This document shows, piece after piece, positions 41,157 through 45,103 of a DNA stretch of 45,103 nucleotides (positions are counted from its first letter, which is position 1; the number at the start of each line of letters is the position of its first letter). The stretch is taken from the IMG/VR virus record IMGVR_UViG_3300031716_000018. The stretch is one strand, 5' to 3'. The notes under the pieces were generated by a model. It was not told the origin of the DNA and made no database searches. It saw only the letters and a list, made by a program, of their open reading frames with translations. Position numbers and translations under genes: made by a program. This DNA comes from a virus.

Positions 41157-41300
41157 ATGGCTCTTACAGTTCTATTACTGTTCGCCGTTGCTGCCTTGAT
41201 AACTTCCATTATGGAAGCCCTGGGCAAATGCCCCTCATTCGTTCCAGTCATTATCTTGTCAGTTGGACTGCTTGTCCTGGCAGCTGTTCCACTGAAATAA
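41157..41300 (+). CDS. 47-aa two-TM membrane peptide encoded in the terL insert
   Basis: Internal ATG of track ORF 41103..41300, preceded by TAGGAGGA. MALTVLLLFAVAALITSIMEALGKCPSFVPVIILSVGLLVLAAVPLK. Confidence 0.45.
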   Translation: MALTVLLLFAVAALITSIMEALGKCPSFVPVIILSVGLLVLAAVPLK

Positions 41301-41306
41301 GATTCA

Positions 41307-42263
41307 ATGAAAATCACCTCCTTAGACCTTCCCTCATCTGTTGAGGCTCTTGGGACAGTCCGCGAGGAATTGCCTGAGGCTATCAACGTTGATGAGATAA
41401 TGACGGGCCTGAAATGTTGGGAGAACCCCATCAACAGGTTTTTCGTCATCCGCCTTCACAGAAGCGCTGATCCTAAGAAGCGGTTGAAGGAATGGGAGGA
41501 AAAGACTCGCGCCGGTATGGACACTGCCAACTGGTTGCGTGAGTACGAGCTAGTGTGGGAGGCTCTGAATGGCAGGGCCGTCTATCAGGATGAATGGAGT
41601 CACGATTTCCACGTCTCAAAGACCTCCTTGGGATGGAACCCTAACCTCGCCATCGGAAGGGGCTGGGACTTCGGACTCTATCCAGCTTGTATCTTCTGCC
41701 AGCTTTTCCCACACTCTCGTCTTATTGTGATTAGGGAATGTATTGGTGAGGACATCGATACCGAGAGGTTCATGTATGAAGTCGATCGCCTCAGCGCTGA
41801 ATGGTTTCCTAACGCTAGATTCGTTGAGTTCGTTGACCCTACAGGAAAGAATAGAGTTGGGACGGATGGCAGAACATATACTCAGCTCCTTGCCAGAAAA
41901 CCCCTTCGTGCGAAGAAGATATATCTTGGAGCTAACGCGCCTGTTGCTCGTCGAACTGCGGTCATCGACTTCCTTAAGGAGAATGTCAAAGGCCAACCGG
42001 CTCTCCTTGTTGATCCGTCGTGTGAGATGTTGGTCAAAGGCTTCAACGGAGGATACATGTACGCCTACCTCCAAGGAACCTTAAAGACCAAACCAGAGAA
42101 GAATATCTTCTCTCATATCCATGATGCCTTGCAATATCTCTGCTCAAAGGTTCGCACTGTTGATATGAAGGTCAACCTTGCCACGGTCAAGCCCGTCGAA
42201 CCAAGATTTGGCGGCCGTACTCCATCACCTATTCCTCAAGTGGAAGGAACATATGGCAGGTAA
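41307..42263 (+). CDS. terL: terminase large subunit, C-terminal fragment (ATPase lid plus RNase-H-like nuclease, 318 aa)
   Basis: FFVIRLH..ADP..EWEEKTRAG...WLREYELVW, then GWDFGLYPA, FVDPTGKN and HIHDALQYL, which are typical TerL nuclease landmarks. No SD before the ATG. Confidence 0.8.
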   Translation: MKITSLDLPSSVEALGTVREELPEAINVDEIMTGLKCWENPINRFFVIRLHRSADPKKRLKEWEEKTRAGMDTANWLREYELVWEALNGRAVYQDEWSHDFHVSKTSLGWNPNLAIGRGWDFGLYPACIFCQLFPHSRLIVIRECIGEDIDTERFMYEVDRLSAEWFPNARFVEFVDPTGKNRVGTDGRTYTQLLARKPLRAKKIYLGANAPVARRTAVIDFLKENVKGQPALLVDPSCEMLVKGFNGGYMYAYLQGTLKTKPEKNIFSHIHDALQYLCSKVRTVDMKVNLATVKPVEPRFGGRTPSPIPQVEGTYGR

Positions 42264-44484
42264 ACCAGCCAACTATCACGAAGCAAATCCTCGAGGAGGC
42301 TACGTTAATGGCAAGGTCAAGGATGACTCTAAGCCATGGGATTCTGCGGCTTTGGGATTCTCCGATAGGGAAAGTGGCGTCCCGATCTACAACTCCGAAG
42401 ATATTGCTGATGCTCTCAGTGAGTATAATCTCAAGCGCTTTTTTAGTGCTATGTTGGAGGAAGCTAAGAAACTCGCCGCACCTAGAGTGGAGGTACGTCG
42501 AAGGTGTTGGGCGCTTTATAATAACGAGTACGACTGGTCAGACAAAGCCTGGTGGCAGCACCGAGCTCCTATACCAAAAGTTAGAGCAGCCGTTGACAAG
42601 GCAGTAGCCCTCTTCCGAAAAACCCTTCTGAGGATGAACCCATTCTACGGCATTCAAGCTGAAAGTAGGATGGGCAGAACTAAGGGAAGATTCACCATGT
42701 TGCTGACGGACTATCACTTTGATCAGTCCGCCGTCATCGAGTCCCTAGTTGATGCATTCAAAGTCGGTCTGATAACCTCTGAATCCATCCTCAAAATCTG
42801 GTGGATGCGCACAAGGGATTTCAGACCAGAACTCAACATCACTCAGAAGGAAGAATATACATATGAGTTTGGTGTGCCAACAGGGAAGTCTGTCAAGGAG
42901 ATTCGTGAAGCATCCTTGGCAAAATATGAGAAGGGAAAGTTAGGCGTTGCCTGCGTCAATCCTGATAACTATTGGATTGTTCCTGGAACTCGTAATAGAA
43001 TGTCAATTGAGCGCGATCAAGCTACTTTGAATGAAATTGAGTCTTTGGCAGATGAGGGCATTTATGACAAGGAGGCAGTCACGCGCCTCCGTGACAAGCT
43101 CTCCTCTGCCACTACGATTCAAGAAGATACTACGCCGCAGATCACTAAAGAAGGCGCGCCGGCCACCACGACGTATCTCCGTCCAGTAGATTTGTGGCAC
43201 TTCTGGGGGGACATCTACGATGTACAAGGAAAACTGGTTAAGTGTGATGCGTCGTTTACTCTCGCAAATCAGGATATCCTCATCCGTAAGGCCAGGGATA
43301 ACCCTTTTTTCCATAAGGATCCACCATATGTTCTTGGAACTCCTTATAAGGTACCCTTCTCGACCTATCATCGCGGAATGGTTGAGGACGTTATGGAGTT
43401 GGCGACCGCCATCACCGAGATGGCTAATCTCATTGCAGATGGCGCGCTTTACGATGCCCTCAAAGCGTTCTCAGTGGATATTGACCAGCTCGATGATCCC
43501 TCTGAGGCAAGGCAGGGTTTATATCCTGGCAAAGTGTTTATACGTAAGTCAGGCTCTGCAGCTTCTCCAAATGAACAACTTGTTCAGACAGTCGATGTTG
43601 GCAAAGTTCCTCAAGAAGCGATGAGCATGATAAGTTTGTTTGAGAAGTACTACGCTGAGGGCTCTTACATTAATGAGTGGGTCGCCGGCCAGGGCGGGAA
43701 GGGAGATCGAACACTTGGCGAAGTCAACATTAAAACTCAATCTGCACTCGAAGGACTTGATGAGTCAGCCAGAAATCTTGAAGTCACTCTCATCGAGCCA
43801 ACCCTCGACATGGCGACAAGGGTTATCTATCAGTTTCACGAGGACTATACGATCCCTCGTCTTATGGATAACTATCCTAATATCGCCGTTATGCTTCAAG
43901 GTATGCAGCCTGCCGAGCGTTATTCAGTCATGGTTGGGGACTTCTCATTCAAGATGAGGGGCTTAAGCCTGATGATTGAACGCCAGCAACGAATCGGGGA
44001 GCTCAAGGAGATTCTCCAACTGCTGAGTTACTTGCCAGGATTTGTTGAGCGTCTAAATCCAGACGCTACGTTGGAGGAAGTTCTCATGCCTTTAGGTTGG
44101 GATCCTTCCAAACTCCTAATAAATCCAGCACAGGCGGCAGTAACTACACCGCAGCCCGGCGCGGTGCCCCAGCCTCCCATGATCCCGCCAGGCGCCCCTC
44201 CTGGTATGGAGCAGAGAAATGCTATGGAGGGAGCTCGCATGGGAGGAGCCAGAAATAATCCAGTTGCGCGAGGAGGCAATCCACAGTATTCACGGCCCGT
44301 CAACAATGGCCCTATGAGGCCTCCTATGAGAGGTGGCGCACCAATGCCTCCACCACGTCCGGTTACCGGACAGCCGCCAATGCAAGGTGGCCCCTTACAA
44401 CAACAGCTCTTAGGAGCTCTTAGATTTATGATGGCCAGGAATCAAGGGCGTAACTTGTTACAGCCTCCACCGCAACAGCAATGA
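42253..44484 (+). CDS. portal protein (743 aa) with Pro/Gly/Met/Gln-rich C-terminal tail
   Basis: I chose the ATG at 42253 (MAGKPANY), which overlaps the terL stop. The track ORF starts at 42178. Called from size and position directly after terL. Confidence 0.6.
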   Translation: MAGKPANYHEANPRGGYVNGKVKDDSKPWDSAALGFSDRESGVPIYNSEDIADALSEYNLKRFFSAMLEEAKKLAAPRVEVRRRCWALYNNEYDWSDKAWWQHRAPIPKVRAAVDKAVALFRKTLLRMNPFYGIQAESRMGRTKGRFTMLLTDYHFDQSAVIESLVDAFKVGLITSESILKIWWMRTRDFRPELNITQKEEYTYEFGVPTGKSVKEIREASLAKYEKGKLGVACVNPDNYWIVPGTRNRMSIERDQATLNEIESLADEGIYDKEAVTRLRDKLSSATTIQEDTTPQITKEGAPATTTYLRPVDLWHFWGDIYDVQGKLVKCDASFTLANQDILIRKARDNPFFHKDPPYVLGTPYKVPFSTYHRGMVEDVMELATAITEMANLIADGALYDALKAFSVDIDQLDDPSEARQGLYPGKVFIRKSGSAASPNEQLVQTVDVGKVPQEAMSMISLFEKYYAEGSYINEWVAGQGGKGDRTLGEVNIKTQSALEGLDESARNLEVTLIEPTLDMATRVIYQFHEDYTIPRLMDNYPNIAVMLQGMQPAERYSVMVGDFSFKMRGLSLMIERQQRIGELKEILQLLSYLPGFVERLNPDATLEEVLMPLGWDPSKLLINPAQAAVTTPQPGAVPQPPMIPPGAPPGMEQRNAMEGARMGGARNNPVARGGNPQYSRPVNNGPMRPPMRGGAPMPPPRPVTGQPPMQGGPLQQQLLGALRFMMARNQGRNLLQPPPQQQ
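44357..44371. repeat. Dispersed palindrome copy 8: GTCCGG-tta-CCGGAC
   Basis: Read directly. Lies inside the portal C-terminal tail (read as RPVTGQ). Confidence 0.9.
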
Positions 44485-44819
44485 TCTTTTTGCTTGTAGG
44501 GTGGATTTTATTCAGTCAATTAGATGGAGTCAGTCCAAGCGCATACTGTAAGGAAGAGATTTCCACTGGAGCTTATGGACCTTGTGCAATTGTCGTCGGA
44601 CAAGAAACAGACCCAGAATTTGGAACTGTCACTGAAATCTGGGAGTGGGGAACTGGTACTGACAATCCCATTAGGTGGGCTGGACCTCCTTTCTGTATCG
44701 AGGGATGGCTTCCAAGTTCAGATGAAGCAATCAAGATGGACGTTGGAGCTTGTCGGTGGCGTTCAGTCCCAGCCTCACCACCCACTCCACCAGACGGCTT
44801 AGGGATATTTTATGACTGA
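44481..44819 (+). CDS. protein with N-terminal hydrophobic anchor, next to the endolysin (112 aa)
   Basis: ATGA overlap with the portal stop. MIFLLVGWILFSQL, then a Cys/Trp/Pro-containing domain. A lysis-related role is only positional. Confidence 0.5.
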   Translation: MIFLLVGWILFSQLDGVSPSAYCKEEISTGAYGPCAIVVGQETDPEFGTVTEIWEWGTGTDNPIRWAGPPFCIEGWLPSSDEAIKMDVGACRWRSVPASPPTPPDGLGIFYD

Positions 44820-45090
44820 ATACACCTTTCATCAATTCATGTTCGATCTATGTCGTAACTTCAATGGCTCCATCTCCTCAACACATAGAACTGTTGGCCA
44901 CAACAAACTGGTTGGTGGAGCTTCTAACTCTCAACATCTTGGATTTAAGGCTGCTGACCTCGTGCTGGACGACCCTGGCCTCAACAAGCCCAAAGTTCTC
45001 CGTCTATGTGCCGAGCGAGGACTGTGGACTCTTGATGAAGGAGATCATCTTCATATTGACGACCGAAATAACGCGGAGGATAAAAGATAA
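44812..45090 (+). CDS. endolysin, zinc peptidase M15 (VanY/Peptidase_M15_3-like, 92 aa)
   Basis: SQHLGFKAAD is the H-x6-D motif and GDHLHIDDR the H-x-H motif; both are the metal ligands of M15 cell-wall peptidases. Confidence 0.7.
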   Translation: MTEYTFHQFMFDLCRNFNGSISSTHRTVGHNKLVGGASNSQHLGFKAADLVLDDPGLNKPKVLRLCAERGLWTLDEGDHLHIDDRNNAEDKR

Positions 45091-45103
45091 TGCCCTCACC
45101 AAT
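44977..45103. repeat. Terminal direct repeat, identical to 1-127
   Basis: Read directly. Confidence 0.95.

Noticed and set aside
40860-41306. Intein or stop-codon read-through joining the two terL fragments
   Set aside because: There are several in-frame stops (40860, 40890, 41298), no intein-like Cys/Ser...HN boundaries, and the insert encodes its own signal-bearing ORFs in other frames.
1-45103. Temperate lifestyle or prophage
   Set aside because: No integrase, recombinase, CI/Cro-like pair or attachment-site repeats were recognised. The terminal repeat is an assembly overlap, not att sites.

Overview
Complete tailed-phage genome assembled as a circle. Bases 1-127 repeat exactly at 44977-45103, so the unique length is 44,976 bp.

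Organisation: two divergent transcription units leave a repeat-rich control region at about 38.63-39.23 kb and converge at about 19.25-19.6 kb.
- Rightward packaging/virion/lysis unit (39233 to 45090, continuing through the wrap to 19246): HTH small-terminase-like protein, a large terminase split into two ORFs, portal, M15-type endolysin, DUF3008-like protein, scaffold-like protein, major capsid protein, a GT-A-like glycosyltransferase, an FN3 plus Cys-rich tail protein, a tail fibre with a C1q-like head, and four large low-complexity internal-virion-like proteins (largest 1142 aa).
- Leftward early/replication unit (38628 down to 19232): about 35 small ORFs (many Cys4 zinc ribbons), an RHH protein, an AT-hook protein, an exported FN3 protein, a Cas4-like exonuclease, a Sak4-like ATPase, a DUF669-like protein, a ParB-domain DNA methyltransferase, a UDG-exonuclease-PolA fusion polymerase, a DUF3987-like P-loop helicase and a DUF1599-like protein.

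Not recognised: tape measure, sheath, integrase, repressor, RNA polymerase, tRNA, CRISPR. Gene order looks podovirus-like and lytic, which is inference.

Most notable signals:
1. Eight dispersed copies of the palindrome TGTCCGG-WWW-CCGGACA, independent of coding frame.
2. A terL gene interrupted by a 444-nt same-frame insert carrying a lipoprotein gene and a two-TM peptide gene.
3. A dense regulatory hub at 36.2-39.2 kb, with phased palindromes, a 165-bp imperfect palindrome, 20-bp inverted repeats bracketing a gene, iteron-like arrays and duplicated promoter modules.
4. A four-box DnaA-box cluster at 31.03-31.07 kb.

Limits: all product names come from motifs read by eye in the supplied translations. 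No database search was run. Start codons I moved relative to the ORF track are noted in the evidence. End coordinates include the stop codon.
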